From Octopus sinensis (lineage: Eukaryota), in the NCBI RefSeq assembly GCF_006345805.1, contig NW_021834791.1:8866-72865 (forward strand): a DNA stretch of 64,000 nt, read 5' to 3'. Position 1 is the stretch's first letter. Every line of letters begins with the position of its first letter. Made by a program: the position numbers and the translations under genes. The notes under the pieces were generated by a model, which had not been told where the DNA came from, searched no databases, and worked only from the letters and a program-made list of their open reading frames with translations. Below are positions 12,230 to 24,785 of the stretch, piece after piece.

Positions 12230-12964
12230 GGATCTTTTCCTTTTGAACGGCAGTTTTCAATACCATTTCTAGTTAACTAAACACTTTTAAACTTCGTATA
12301 CTGGTAGAATGTGTCAAAATAAAACATTTTTTCTCTTGGCTTTCTTGAGAAAATGGTAATTTGTAAGTTTAACGTAGTTTAATTTTTTGAATTCTAGCCA
12401 ATCCTATGCCCTCTATTGAGCTAAAATCATTTGCAGCGTCTAAAACTGACACACATCTTGTCACTAACCCTAACCCTAACCCTGAATTTTAGCCTTTCGG
12501 TTTTTTTTTCTTAATTTAATTGTTACGCGTGTATCTAAAATTATTCGTTTTGTTTTTGTTTTGAGTTTTTGCTTTCGTTTTAGCCTTTCGCTTTCTTTTC
12601 TTAATTGTTAAATTAAAATTATTTTCCATTGCTTTTGTTTTAGCCTTTTTTTTCTTGATTGTTATCCTTAAATTAATTTAACAATTAAGAAAAAAAAAAA
12701 CGAAAGGCTAAAATTTAGGGTTAGGATTAGTGACAGGATGTTGTCTGTTTTAGACGCAGCAAATGATTTTAGCTCAATAGAGGGCATAGGATTGGTTAAA
12801 ATTCGAAAATTTAAACTACGTTAGACTTACAAATTACAATTTTCTCAAGAAAGTCAAGAGAAAAAAATGCTTTATTTTGACACATTTTACCAGTATACGA
12901 AGTTTAAAAGTGTTTAGTTAACTAGAAATTGTATTGAAAACTGCCGTTCAAAAGGAAAAGATCC
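12230..12964. mobile_element. Foldback element with ~295-bp inverted arms, GGATC...GATCC ends and 8-bp TSD
   Basis: Arms ~12230-12525 and ~12670-12964 are near-identical inverted repeats containing ctaaccctaaccctaaccc; both flanks read aagttaat. Confidence 0.85.
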
Positions 12965-13167
12965 AAGTTAATTGTAAATTTCAATCGTAAAGTTAATTGT
13001 ATTTTCTTTTGTAAAAAAAAAAAGGACACATATGAATGTTTATTTTAAAGGCAGGAAACGAAAGGAAAGGTCACGGTTTCGCATTGTAGCGAAACTAGAG
13101 ATGGCTTTAAGTTTAATTGTAAAGTGTATTTGTAAAGTTAATTGTAAAGTTTAATTGTAAAGTTAAT

Positions 13168-13904
13168 GGATCTTTTCCTTTTGAACGGCAGTTTTCAATA
13201 CCATTTCTAGTTAACTAAACACTTTTAAACTTCGTATACTGGTAGAATGTGTCAAAATAAAACATTTTTTCTCTTGGCTTTCTTGAGAAAATGGTAATTT
13301 GTAAGTTTAACGTAGTTTAATTTTTTGAATTCTAGCCAATCCTATGCCCTCTATTGAGCTAAAATCATTTGCAGCGTCTAAAACTGACACAACATCTTGT
13401 CACTAACCCTAACCCTAACCCTGAATTTTAGCCTTTCGGTTTTTTTTTCTTAATTTAATTGTTACGCGTGTATCTAAAATTATTCGTTTTGTTTTTGTTT
13501 TGAGTTTTTGCTTTCGTTTTAGCCTTTCGCTTTCTTTTCTTAATTGTTAAATTAAAATTATTTTCCATTGCTTTTGTTTTAGCCTTTTTTTTCTTGATTG
13601 TTATCCTTAAATTAATTTAACAATTAAGAAAAAAAAAAAACGAAAGGCTAAAATTTAGGGTTAGGATTAGTGACAGGATGTTGTCTGTTTTAGACGCAGC
13701 AAATGATTTTAGCTCAATAGAGGGCATAGGATTGGTTAAAATTCGAAAATTTAAACTACGTTAGACTTACAAATTACAATTTTCTCAAGAAAGTCAAGAG
13801 AAAAAAATGCTTTATTTTGACACATTTTACCAGTATACGAAGTTTAAAAGTGTTTAGTTAACTAGAAATTGTATTGAAAACTGCCGTTCAAAAGGAAAAG
13901 ATCC
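13168..13904. mobile_element. Duplicated copy of the foldback element
   Basis: Near-identical to 12230-12964, with the same aagttaat flanks. Confidence 0.85.
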
Positions 13905-14079
13905 AAGTTAATTGTAAATTTCAATCGTAAAGTTAATTGTATTTTCTTTTGTAAAAAAAAAAAGGACACATATGAATGTTTATTTTAAAGGCAGGAAACG
14001 AAAGGAAAGGTCACGGTTTCTCATTGTAGCGAAACTAGAGGTGGTTTTAAGTTTAGTTGTAAAATGTATTTGTAAAGTT

Positions 14080-14500
14080 GGATCTTTTCGGTTTGAACGG
14101 CAGTTTTTAACATAATTTCTAGGTAATTAAAAAATTTTAAACTTCGTATACTGGTAGAATGTGTTTACAAAACATCTTTTTCTCTTGGCTTGAGAAAATT
14201 CTATAGTTTGTAAGATATTTGTTGTTTTTTTTCTTCAATTTCTGCAATTTCAACCAATCAATGACGTCTATTGAGGTGAAAACATTCTGTGCCGTATGAA
14301 TATGTCCCTCGTTTAAGAAACAGATTGGGTTTATTTACATTTGTGAAGAAAAAAAGACCCTTCCCCCCACCCCTAACCTTAACCCTAACAAACCCTAAAA
14401 CAGATTGAAATGCAATAGATCGATACTAGGGTCATAATTATGGGTGACAATTTCATATGACACCGCTAGAAAAAAACTGCCGTTCAAACTGAAAAGATCC
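14080..14500 (-). mobile_element. Third copy of the Merlin-like MITE
   Basis: ggatcttttcggtttgaacggcagttttt...aaaaactgccgttcaaactgaaaagatcc; body matches 11346-11796. Confidence 0.85.
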
Positions 14501-14736
14501 GCAATGGAGTAATAGGCTCAATGGAGCCGTCCTGTTCACTAAGAGTTTTACCTCACATCCATCCATTTAACGCTGAAGAAATTCGAAGACATTTCTTTGT
14601 TTCAACGAAAAAAAAAACAAGACAAACAAAAACGTCAACGTTTCTCGTAGGCATTTCCGAAGCTACTCACTAGAACTGCACTTTGCAAAATAGTTACGCA
14701 ACACTCTAGTTTCACTTCTGTCTGTCTGTGTGCCAG

Positions 14737-14781
<45 letters not shown>

Positions 14782-15599
14782 TCTCTCTTTCTCTGGAAGT
14801 CATTACACAAAATATCTACTTTTTTACTTCCTTCTATAAATGTTACATTTATCTTCCTAGCCTCGTACCATTTCCATTAGGAAGAATAAGTATTTCGAAC
14901 CATTTTTTTCCATTTTATGTTTACAAATTTAATTTCAGCTAAATGCAATCTCTTTCAACTCCTTTTACCTCAATTAGCTTATGCCATTTGGTTGATAACG
15001 AGTGATTTTGCTAGTTTCTTCCAGAAGCCGCTTTTATATAATAAGGAACAGCAAATGTTATTAGAATTCCTACAATGGGCTTTTTTTTCCCTTTTCCTTT
15101 CTTTCTTTTGTTCTTCTTATCATCGAATCACATCATCAATAGATGTTTCTCCATTTTTATTGCATTTTGCCTTTTACTGTTTGAAACTCTGCCTAGCTTT
15201 ATACAAGAATGCTATGTCAATCAAAGTAAGAACTTTCTCTCTCAGATCGTTCCACGCCCGGTTAATATTCTAGCGATGCCATCTAAAAAGAAGTACATTA
15301 GGAAAAATATCTTTCATCACCTGAAGAGCTTTCGAAAGGTATTTCTCTGTATCCTGCGTCTATTTGTTTGTGTTTTTTTTATGTCTAAGTACTTACATGT
15401 ACATGCGCATGCGTATGTCGTTCTCAAATTCTGTGTGTGTGTGCAGGTGTAGATATGTCTGTGTTGGACCATATTAGTGTCTGTGATTTTAGTAAACAAT
15501 ATAATGTCATGTTTTCAGAGATATTTTATGTACAGACATGTGTACAGTTGAATGGGAAACCATATTGTGTGAATGTCAATCTATAAATCCTTACCCCCC

Positions 15600-15736
15600 C
15601 CCACACACATATATATATGCATATATGTATACATATATATACATATAAATATGTATGCATATATATGTATATATATATATGTATGTATATATATATAATA
15701 TATACATATATACATATGTATATATACATATATATA

Positions 15737-15820
<84 letters not shown>
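15600..15820. repeat. (TA)n-rich microsatellite
   Basis: Directly visible. Confidence 0.95.
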
Positions 15821-15822
<2 letters not shown>

Positions 15823-16216
15823 TTAGGCATTTCGCCATCAGTATAGTTTGTTTTCACGATGGCTGCATATTCAATATCTCTCTGTATGTTTCAATCCCCC
15901 TTCTAGGCAAAAATTGAATGGTACTTGCTACAATACCATTTCTAAAAGGACCGAACTCATAGATATATTTATAAAGACACATATCGTATGTGGAATTATT
16001 CGCTAAATATCTTTACCAAATAATGGTATCGTAGTTGTTTAGCAATACCATGTTTCCGAGACAGTTGTTGGTTGTTTTTGAAAATTGGTACTTGGTTTCA
16101 AATTTTGGGTGCTCGCATAGAAATTCTATCCGTTGGTTTGGTAACAGCGGTGCAGGGGTGCAAGCGCTTCCCTTAATCTTTTATTGCTGGTGGTGGTTGC
16201 TGTTGCTGTTGCTGCT

Positions 16217-16584
16217 GTTGAGCGAACGGTCTTCGTCCCAGAGCTCGCAAGATGGGAGAAGTCCGAAACGTGGCCCTTTGCTATTCGTAAGACCCACAGA
16301 AGAGAAAGCAGGTCAACCCCCGACACCGAGAGCATCGACGGATGGATGAATGCGCATCCAGGCTCAGCGGTTGCGTAGGAAATCGGGGACAAGAAATAGG
16401 AAGAAAGAATGAGAGAAAGTTGGAGCGAAAGAGTACAACAGGGATCGCCACCACCCCTACCAGAGCCTCGTGGAGCTTTAGATGTTTTCGCTCAATAAAG
16501 ACACACAACGCCCAGTCTGGGAATCGAAACCGCGATCCTCCGACCGCGAGTCCGCTGCCCTAACCTTTGGGCCATTGCACCTTC
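16217..16584 (-). mobile_element. SINE family E, apparently full length, (CAA/CAG) tail
   Basis: Reverse complement starts gaaggtgcaatggccc...gttagggcagcggactcgcggtcgg...ggtttcgattccc (tRNA-like A/B boxes) and ends in a simple repeat. Confidence 0.7.
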
Positions 16585-16744
16585 GCTGGTGGTGGTGGTG
16601 AGGCAATGAAAATGCTTTGAGCTTTCTCCTGAAAAAACTTCATCAGCAAAACGAACTATCACAGAAATAGTTTTGGACGGATTTGAAACGTTATATTTCC
16701 CTTATTGGATTTATCTGATTTAATAGATGTACAAATATAATGGC

Positions 16745-16960
16745 CCTTTCTACTATAGGCACAACGCCTGAATTTGTTTTGTGGGGAGGGTATAAGTCGA
16801 TTGCATCGACCCCAGTGCGTGACTGGTAGTTATTTAATCGACCCCGAAAAGAAAAAAAAGGCAAAGTCGACCTCGGTGGAGTTAGAACTCAGAACGTAAA
16901 GACGGACGAAATGCTGCCAAACATTTTACTCGGCGTGTTAACGATTCTGGCATCTCGCTG
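16745..16960 (-). mobile_element. SINE family B
   Basis: Shared head (gagctggcagaatcgttagcacgccg...gagttcaaattcc) and core (ggtcgactttgcctttcatcctttcggggtcgataaa...gtaccag). Confidence 0.8.
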
Positions 16961-17004
16961 CGTCAATATAGAAATGTGATAAAGGGTAAAGATCCCCGCA
17001 TCTT

Positions 17005-17327
17005 CAGTCATGAATGACCATGGGATTGTACCTAGAATGTTCTCCCTCGAGGTACAAGTCCGATTGTTTCTGGAAGACCAGCAGTCACCCGTGCGTACTA
17101 GCCATCCCCTCTCTACACCACTGATGTTATCCAAGGGAATAGCAAAGGGGCCAATACAGCTTGGCACCAGTGATGTTGCAACTCATTTCTACGGCTGAGT
17201 GAACTGGAACAACATGAAACAAAGTGTCTTGTTCAAGAACACAGCACACAGCCAGGTCTGGGAATCGAACTCACTACCTCATGATTGTGAGCCCGACGCT
17301 TCTAACCACTGAATCATACGACTTCAC
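17005..17327 (-). mobile_element. SINE family C
   Basis: tRNA-like head at the right end; homologous to 36885-37225. Confidence 0.8.
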
Positions 17328-17343
17328 ACCACAACAACAGCAA

Positions 17344-17389
<46 letters not shown>

Positions 17390-17489
17390 GAGCACGCAGA
17401 GAGTGCAAACCTCCACCAAGGCAACACCAACATCCTCTCAACGATTGCCCAGAGATGATTTTTTAAAAATGAGAATATCTGAAATAAAC

Positions 17490-18072
17490 TCGACTAGATT
17501 AGATCGACCCCATTTTGCAACTGGTACTTAATTTATCGATTCCGAAAGGATGAAGGACAAAGTCGACCTCGGCGGAATTCGAACTCGGAAGATAAAGACA
17601 GGCGAAATACCTATTTCTTTGCTACCCACACGGGGCTAAACACAGAGAGGCCAAGCAAGGACAGACAAACGGATTGAGTCGATTACATCGACCCCAGTGC
17701 GTAACTGGTACTTATTTAATCGACCCCGAAAGTATGAAAGGCAAAGTCGACCTCGGCGGAATTTGAACTCAGAACGTAGCGGCAGACAAAATACTGCTAA
17801 GCATTTCGCCCGGTGTGCTAACGTTTCTGCCTGCTCGAGGCCTTCCCCCAAATATTATTTTCTACACTACACACAAGGTCCGAAATTTTAGGGAAGGGGG
17901 CCAGTCGATTAGATCAACCCCAGTACGATTAGATCAACTAGTACTTAATTTATCGACCCCGAAAGGATAAAAGGCAAAGTCGACCTCGACGGAATATGAA
18001 CTCAGAACGTAACGGCAGACGAAATACGGCTACGCATTTCGCCCGGCGTGCTAACGTTTCTGCCAGGTCGCC
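17490..18072 (-). mobile_element. Three adjacent SINE family B copies (~17490-17600, 17603-17852, 17862-18072)
   Basis: The core aaaggcaaagtcgacctcggcggaatt occurs three times. Confidence 0.85.
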
Positions 18073-18329
18073 GAGTTGCTGTAATCTTAATACTGTAAAG
18101 AAGATAATTGGTAATCAATCCACAGCTACAAGATCTGACAAAAACCGATTAAAACGAACATCACGTGACATTGCACCTGAATGTACATTAGTCAAAGTAT
18201 GAGTTATAAATCTCGTAATATTACTGATTAGCTGGGACAACGTTAATTAGCGATAGGCTACGCAAAAAAATTGAAAATCTTAATAGAAGAAAAAATTCTC
18301 TTATGACATTTTAAGATTTAGCGATCAAG

Positions 18330-18713
18330 GCACTATTTCCATTAAATAAGAGAAAGCTAACGCAGAAAGATACAATGATATCAATGCCGAGGCTAAATTC
18401 GTCGCTAAACGTCGTAATATCGACGATAGATTAGAATGTTTAGCTAAAGGAGAAGCTTTCATTACCTTAAAAGACCATAAACCTAATTTTCATAATGAAC
18501 CAACTTATTGATTGTTAAACCCAGCGAGGTCTGAAATTGGGATAGTAACTAAAAAAAAAAAATACTAAGGACCCTTAATAATAAAATTAGAAAGCACACT
18601 GGGCTTCGACGATGGAATGATAGTTTAATTGTAATAGATTGGTTCAAGAACATTAAAAATAAGAATATGGCTAGATTTACTGACTTTGACATTGTAGGTT
18701 TTTATCTCTTCAT
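18330..18713 (+). mobile_element. Penelope-like (Naiad-like, inferred) RT N-terminal fragment
   Basis: INAEAK...[33 protein letters not shown](frameshift)ILRTLNNKIRKHTGLRRW...VIDWFKNIKNK...FTDFDIVGFY; one stop and one frameshift. Confidence 0.85.
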
Positions 18714-18715
18714 AC

Positions 18716-19121
18716 CAGTTGACCATGTCCCTTGGTGGCTGACGATATGTGCATCTCTGATCACGAGCAGAAGTAGTGGGGGAGCATCATAGCCATGTAT
18801 TGAGAGGGATTCTTGGAGGTTTGGATAATTCACCTCTGGAAACATGGGTGCTTGGTTCAACATCCTTAACCCTTATTCAGAGACCTTTTGAGCGGGATGG
18901 GTTACTTGAGCTGCAGAAAATTCTAACTGGGCCTCACCTGCAAGGTCATGTGCTGTTTATCTTGATATGGGATCACCATGTCGCGTACATATCGTTGTGT
19001 TGCACATATGGCTGTGATGCCTGTGCCTAGTGTACCCTTATTAGACGGGTAGTCATGATGTGTACACTGGGCTTCGTATATTTTACCCCATTGTCACTTT
19101 GCTGGCACGCACTGCTCTCTC

Positions 19122-19122
<1 letters not shown>
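18716..19122 (+). mobile_element. 5'-truncated copy of the (AAT)n-flanked element
   Basis: Aligns to ~56890-57281 and ends in (AAT)n. Confidence 0.85.
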
Positions 19123-19201
<79 letters not shown>

Positions 19202-19249
19202 GATAATAATAGGCCTAGCGGCTCTAAAGATAAGTCAATATATAACCCC

Positions 19250-19470
19250 CTCTAAGGCGGCGAGCTGGCAGTAAGTCGGGCGAAATGTTTAGCGCTATTT
19301 CGTCTGTCTTTACGTTCTGAGTTCAAATTCCGTCTACCAAATCTACTCACAAAGCTTTGGTCGGCCCGAGGCTATAGTAGGAAACACTTGCCCAAGGTGC
19401 CACCGACTGGGACTGAACCCGGAACCATGTGGCTCGCAAGCAATCTTCTTACCACACAGCCACTCCTGCA
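19250..19470. mobile_element. SINE B head (+) fused to SINE A 5' half (-)
   Basis: ggcggcgagctggcag...gagttcaaattcc, then the reverse complement of the family A head. Confidence 0.7.
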
Positions 19471-19519
19471 GATATATAAAACTTCATTTAGAAACTTCCT
19501 ACAGGTTCTTTCTCAACTG

Positions 19520-19949
19520 TTCTTCCCCTTTCTTCTTCTTCTTCTTCTTCTTCTTCTTTCTCCTTCTTCTCTTCTTCTTCTTCCCCTTCTTCTTCTTCCC
19601 CTTCTTCTTCTTTTTCTTCTTCTCCTTCTTCTTCTCTTCTTCTTCTTCTCCTCCTCCTCCTTCTTTTTCTTTTTCTTTTTCTTTTTCTTTTTCTTTTTCT
19701 TCTTCTTTTTCTTCTTCTTCTTTCTTCTTCTTCTTCTTTCTCCTTCTCCTCCTCCTCCTCCTCTTTCTTCTTTTTCTTTTTCTTCTTTTTTCTTCTTCTT
19801 CTTCTTCTTCTTCTTCTCCTCCTCCTCTTCCTCCTCCTTCTTCTTTTTCTTTTTCTTCTTCTTCTTCTTCTTCTTCTTCTTCTTTCTATCTTCTACCGTC
19901 TTTATTTTTATTGTATTTTGTTCTCTTCTATGTATCTTTCTTTCTTTCT

Positions 19950-19984
<35 letters not shown>

Positions 19985-21065
19985 CTCTCTCTCTCTCAAC
20001 ACTCGTACTTCTACTTCTTCCTCGTCCATTCTTCGCCATCTCTCTCCTAGCTTCCCTTTCTTACCATAGTGTTTTCCCCTCTTATAATAATAATCATCAG
20101 CATCGTCATCATCATCATCAGCATCGTCGTCATCATCATCAGCATCGTCGTCATCATCATCAGCATCGTCATCATCATCATCATCATCATCATCATTTCC
20201 ATCAGCTGCAGTAGCAACGGTAGCAGCAACAGCAGCAGCTACACCGCCACCACAACCGCCGCAACCAGGACCACCACCACCATCACAAACAAGCCACCAC
20301 CACCACCGCCACAATCAGCAAAACCACCGCTACTAGAACCAACACCGCCACCACAACCATCACCCCCACAACCACCAGAACCACCACCACAACCACTACC
20401 GACATCGGTGCCACCACTACGTTCAGCTGAACCACCGCTACCAAAACTAACACCGCTACTATAACCATCACCACCACCACCATCACTATCACCACCCCAC
20501 CCCAACCACACCACAACCACCCCATCACCACAACCATCACCACCACCACCACCACCACTCCCATCATCACCACCACCACTACCATCACCACCACTACCGC
20601 CACTATCTCCACCCCGCCCCCACCACACCCCACCCACCCCACCACCACAACCATCACCACCACCACCATCACTCCCATCATCACCACCACTACTACCATC
20701 ACCACCACTATCACCACCCCACCCCCACCACAACCATCACCACCACCACAACCATCACCACCACCTCCACCACTACCTCCACCACCACCTCCACCACCAC
20801 CTCCACCACCACCACTACCATCACCACCACTACCACCACCACCCACCACCCCAACCATCACCACCATCACCAGTACCATCACCACTACCACCACCAACAC
20901 CACTACCATCACCACCACAACCACCACCACCACTACCCCCACCACCCCCACCACCACCACAACCATCACCACCACCACCACCACCACCACTACCATCACC
21001 ACAACACCCCGCAACCGCCCCACCACTACCACCACCACCACACCACAACATACCACCACCATCAC
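19520..21065. repeat. (CTT)n, (CAT)n with a 21-nt higher-order unit, and degenerate (CAC/CCA)n tracts
   Basis: Directly visible; source of the poly-F/L/S/G/V ORFs. Confidence 0.95.
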
Positions 21066-21889
21066 CATGTTTTTGTTATTTCTCCACTCTTCACTCACCT
21101 GTACTTATATAGTTTTTGTCGTCTTCCATTTTGTTTTCTCACCTACTTCGTTTTTTTTTGTTCTATTCACAATTTTGTTGAGATTTTTTTCGTTGTTTTC
21201 CCTTTCTTTTTCTTTTTTCCTCTAGTTTTTCTTCTTTCTCGTCCTTTTTTTTGGATTTGTCTTTCTTTTCGTCTCCTTACGTTGACTTTCTCTTCTCGTG
21301 TTACACATTCAATTCTATATATATATAAACGTGTGTGTTTGTATGTTTGTCTGTATGTGTGTATGTGAGAGAGAGAGTGTATGTGTGTGTGTGTGTGCTT
21401 TGTCTTATCTGATCTTTTATTTTTAACCATCATCATTATCATCATCATCATCAGCGTCATCGCCACCACCACAACCACCATCACCACCACCACCACCACC
21501 ATCAACACTTTCCAACGCCACCATCATCAATAAAATAATATCATCGTCGTCGTCGTTGTCGTCGTCACCATCATCATCATCAACACAACCACCACCACCA
21601 CCACCACCACTACCACCATCTTCATCCTAGTTTCTCTCTTCGTCATAATCATCATCATCGTCACCATCATGACAGTCCACTTCATTTGCGAGATACAGTA
21701 ATTGTTGCTATTTAATAATGGCGACTGACAAGATTTTCGTCAAAAAATTCCTGAAGACATAAGCTGCGATGCTTAAATGTCGCAGAGAAATGGGAAGAAT
21801 TCTGTCTAGGGAAGAGATTTTTAAAAATGTGATTATTGCATCAAAATTCAAACCAAACGCGCGCAAAATAGGAAAACAACCCTCAGAGA

Positions 21890-22303
21890 CGCAGAAGTGG
21901 CTGTGGTAAGTATCTTACTTACCAACCACATAGCTCCGGGTTCAGTCTCACTGCTTGGCACCTTGGGCAAGTGCCTTCTACTATGGCCTAGGGCGGAACA
22001 AAGCCTTGTGGGTGGATTTGGTAGACAGAAACAGAAACTGAAAGGGGCCCGTCGTATGTATATATATGCATGTATGTGTGTGAGTGTTTGTGTGTGTGTA
22101 TGTGTCTATGTTTGTCTCTACACCATCGCTTGACAACCGATGCTGGTGTGTTTACGTCAGTTCGGCAAAAGACACCGATAGATTGGTAACTAGGCTTACA
22201 AAGAATAAGTCCTGGGGGTCGATTTGTTCGACTCAAGGCAATGCTCCAGCATGGCCACAGTCAAAATGACTGAAAAAAGTAAAAGAATAAAAGAATAAAA
22301 GAA
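21890..22303 (+). mobile_element. SINE family A, full length, with internal (TG)/(TA) tract
   Basis: Colinear with 8905-9310; (gaataaaa)n tail. Confidence 0.85.
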
Positions 22304-22334
22304 TGCAAAAAGGAATTGTTCACGCTGTCCGAAA

Positions 22335-22712
22335 GATGCTAAACATTTTGTCTAGAGGTCTAGAGTTCAAATGCTGCTAAGATCGACTCAGCCTCTCATT
22401 CTTTCGGGGGTCGATGAAATAAATACCAGTTGCATACCTGGGTCGATGCAATCACTTTACTCCCTACCCCTTCAAAATTTCAAGGTTTGTACCTATAACA
22501 AAAATTATTATTGTGCTTTCAAAGGCGGCGAACTGGCGGAATCGTTAGTACGTCGGACAAAATGCATTTTATTTATTTTTTTTACATTTCTTCTGTCTTT
22601 TTCTGTTCTGAGTTCAAATGCAACCAAGGTCGACTGTTCCTCTCATCCTTTCAGGGTCGATGAAATAAGCACTAGTTGGGTACGTACCTGGGGTCAATGC
22701 AAAATTTGAAAC
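22335..22712 (+). mobile_element. Two diverged SINE family B copies
   Basis: Core ggtcgac...catcctttc.gggtcgatgaaata appears twice. Confidence 0.7.
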
Positions 22713-22759
22713 CATTATTGACTCTTTAAACAATTTTACGCAAGCTTCCCATTGCACCA

Positions 22760-23330
22760 TCAGCTGCACTGTCCTTGCTTTCTTGTGGTTTCTGCAGCAC
22801 TGTGTTTTGACAATGCAGAATTATGTTTGTATGCTTCATACATTTTGTGTTGCGTTTTTTATTTTGGTTTTTGTGAAATATGTGTGAGGTGTGTGTCGTG
22901 TTATTTTGCTTTTCTGTGATGGTTTCTCTTGTTTTGTTTTTCTTTTATAAACTACTATCTTATATGTCTGGTGGGAGCGTCATTACGCCAATAATAAACA
23001 CACGCACTGGTTCAACATCACTTCTGTATTGTTAGTCAAATGTTTAAATATCTAGCCAACTAAGTAATCGATCATTTGTTTCATGCGATCTTGAACCAGT
23101 ACGTATGCTTATCATTATTGGTGCAATGACCATCCCACGACATAAAATTTGTTTCAATACACGAATTCACATCAAGAATCTTGCAAACCAAATACAAAAA
23201 GGAAGTCTATTTTTATGCTTTATCTCTTACTTGTTTTTGTCATTTGACTGTAGCTGTGTCGGGGCATCACCTTGATTCTACAAAATATGTATTGTGCAAG
23301 CTGTGTTATTTTATTGGGTGGTGTCTGTAT
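22760..23330 (-). pseudogene. Heavily decayed piggyBac-like transposase C-terminal relic
   Basis: With frameshifts the minus strand gives KGD..DTA..QMTKT (cf. KGGVDTxDQM), NRLPFCIWF (cf. RWPxxIF), ILDVNSCI and a KCMK-type Cys region. Read by eye only. Confidence 0.4.
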
Positions 23331-24099
23331 AGAGTATATGGGAAGTGACTCTTGAAGAGAACGTACCTTAGGGTGGTTTGATATTAAGCTGAAACTGTAT
23401 AGCGTAAGTTTGCGTGTAATAGGGTCCCTTATAGCATTGTGTGTGGAATTGTAATCTTTGATAAGGTTTTCTTTTTTATCCGCGTATTTCTTTATCATTG
23501 TCACTGACACAAGTATTAGTAGAACTGATTTTGACTTCCTCATTCCATATTTATTTCAGATTCAAAATCCTTCTATTTGAAAGTCTCCCAGTGCTCTTCA
23601 AGGCGACGATTAGTACCGAAGAAGAAATGTCATTTGAAAGTTCAGTGACTCTCATTTCTGTCTTTGATAATTATACCTCAAGGGCTCGTCTTGATCTCTT
23701 TGTCAGACTGAACAAGCAAATCTCAAATTATTGATTCAGAGTGTTTTCATGTGCAGTGTTTGGTGCGTGTCAATACTACTTATCCACTTTCATGTCACAG
23801 GGTTCGTTTATTTCCCAAGAGATTATAGCTGTCGGCTTGATCGCCTTCATGAATATATTCAGCTACTGCAACGACTAAACATCTTGATATTTATGTAATG
23901 ACGCGCATCATTGCACCATATGTATAGCCTGCACATTTTGCTAACTTCCTGTTTTGTTATATTGTTCTGAAGCAGTTGAGCTCAGACTCAAGTCTCGATA
24001 ACATAAAGCACCATTTAAGTGTTGGAGGTGAAGGGAACGTACGAGCCTCTCCCCCACCGCCTAAACTACTGGTCTTGCACCTAAACCAGGAACTAGAAT

Positions 24100-24680
24100 C
24101 ACTGAAAGCGGGAATCTGGCAGAATCGTCAAGGCGTTAGCGAAATTGCTTTGCTGTAATTTTTTCGGCTCTTTACGGATTGAGTTGAAATCCCACCAGAG
24201 TTAATCTTGCCTATCATCCCTTCGATAAAATATATTACCAGTCAAGTACTGGTGTGGATGGTCGGGGGTTATCTACCCGACCTCAAAACTACTGCTCTTG
24301 TACCTAAATTTTAAAAAAAACATTATTATTTAAAGCAGTGAAGGGCGGCGAGCTGGCAGAATCGTTGGCACGTCGGACAAAATGCTTAGCGGCATTTCGT
24401 CCGTCTTTATGCCCTGAGTTCAAATTCCGCCAAAACCGAGTTTGCCTTTTAGCCTTTCGGGGTCGATAGAAATAAGTAACAGTCGCGCACTGGGGATGAT
24501 GTAATCTACTTTGCCCATCTCCTAGTATTCCCGGCCTTACGCCAAAATTTGAAACCGTTATTCAAGGCGATAGTTGGCAAAATCGTTCCTTGTGGTATTT
24601 CTTCTCGCCTTTTACGGGGTCGATGAAATAAAGTATCAGTCAAGTACTGGGAACCGTAAAAATCTACCTTCTTCTCTCCC
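24100..24680 (+). mobile_element. Cluster of SINE family B copies (best copy ~24343-24560)
   Basis: Head ggcggcgagctggcagaatcgttg and core visible. Confidence 0.7.
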
Positions 24681-24785
24681 TTCAAATCTACTGACCGCAT
24701 ACCCACGCGAGACTCAGTTATTTTATTCTCATAATTATTTGTGACCAGGCACTGATCGTCTGCATTTGAAAATCAGATCTTCTCT

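Larger units (their letters stand above)
11890..14079 (+). repeat. ~180-bp tandem repeat (4 units) interrupted by foldback elements; includes a ~940-bp tandem duplication
   Basis: Unit marker (g)gacacatatgaa at ~11907, 12087, 13024 and 13964; ~12076-13010 is repeated at ~13010-13950. Confidence 0.9.

Noticed and set aside
18509-18511. Selenocysteine TGA in the PLE RT fragment
   Set aside because: It aligns to Arg of the RLINP motif, so CGA-to-TGA decay is the simpler explanation.
20239-21098. Glycine-rich protein ORFs on the minus strand
   Set aside because: A degenerate (GGT)n microsatellite open in several frames, with no leader or splice support.
21746-21801. Hammerhead-like CTGAAGA...GAAA
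   Set aside because: Stem III and the UH site are missing, and the hairpin overlaps core nucleotides.
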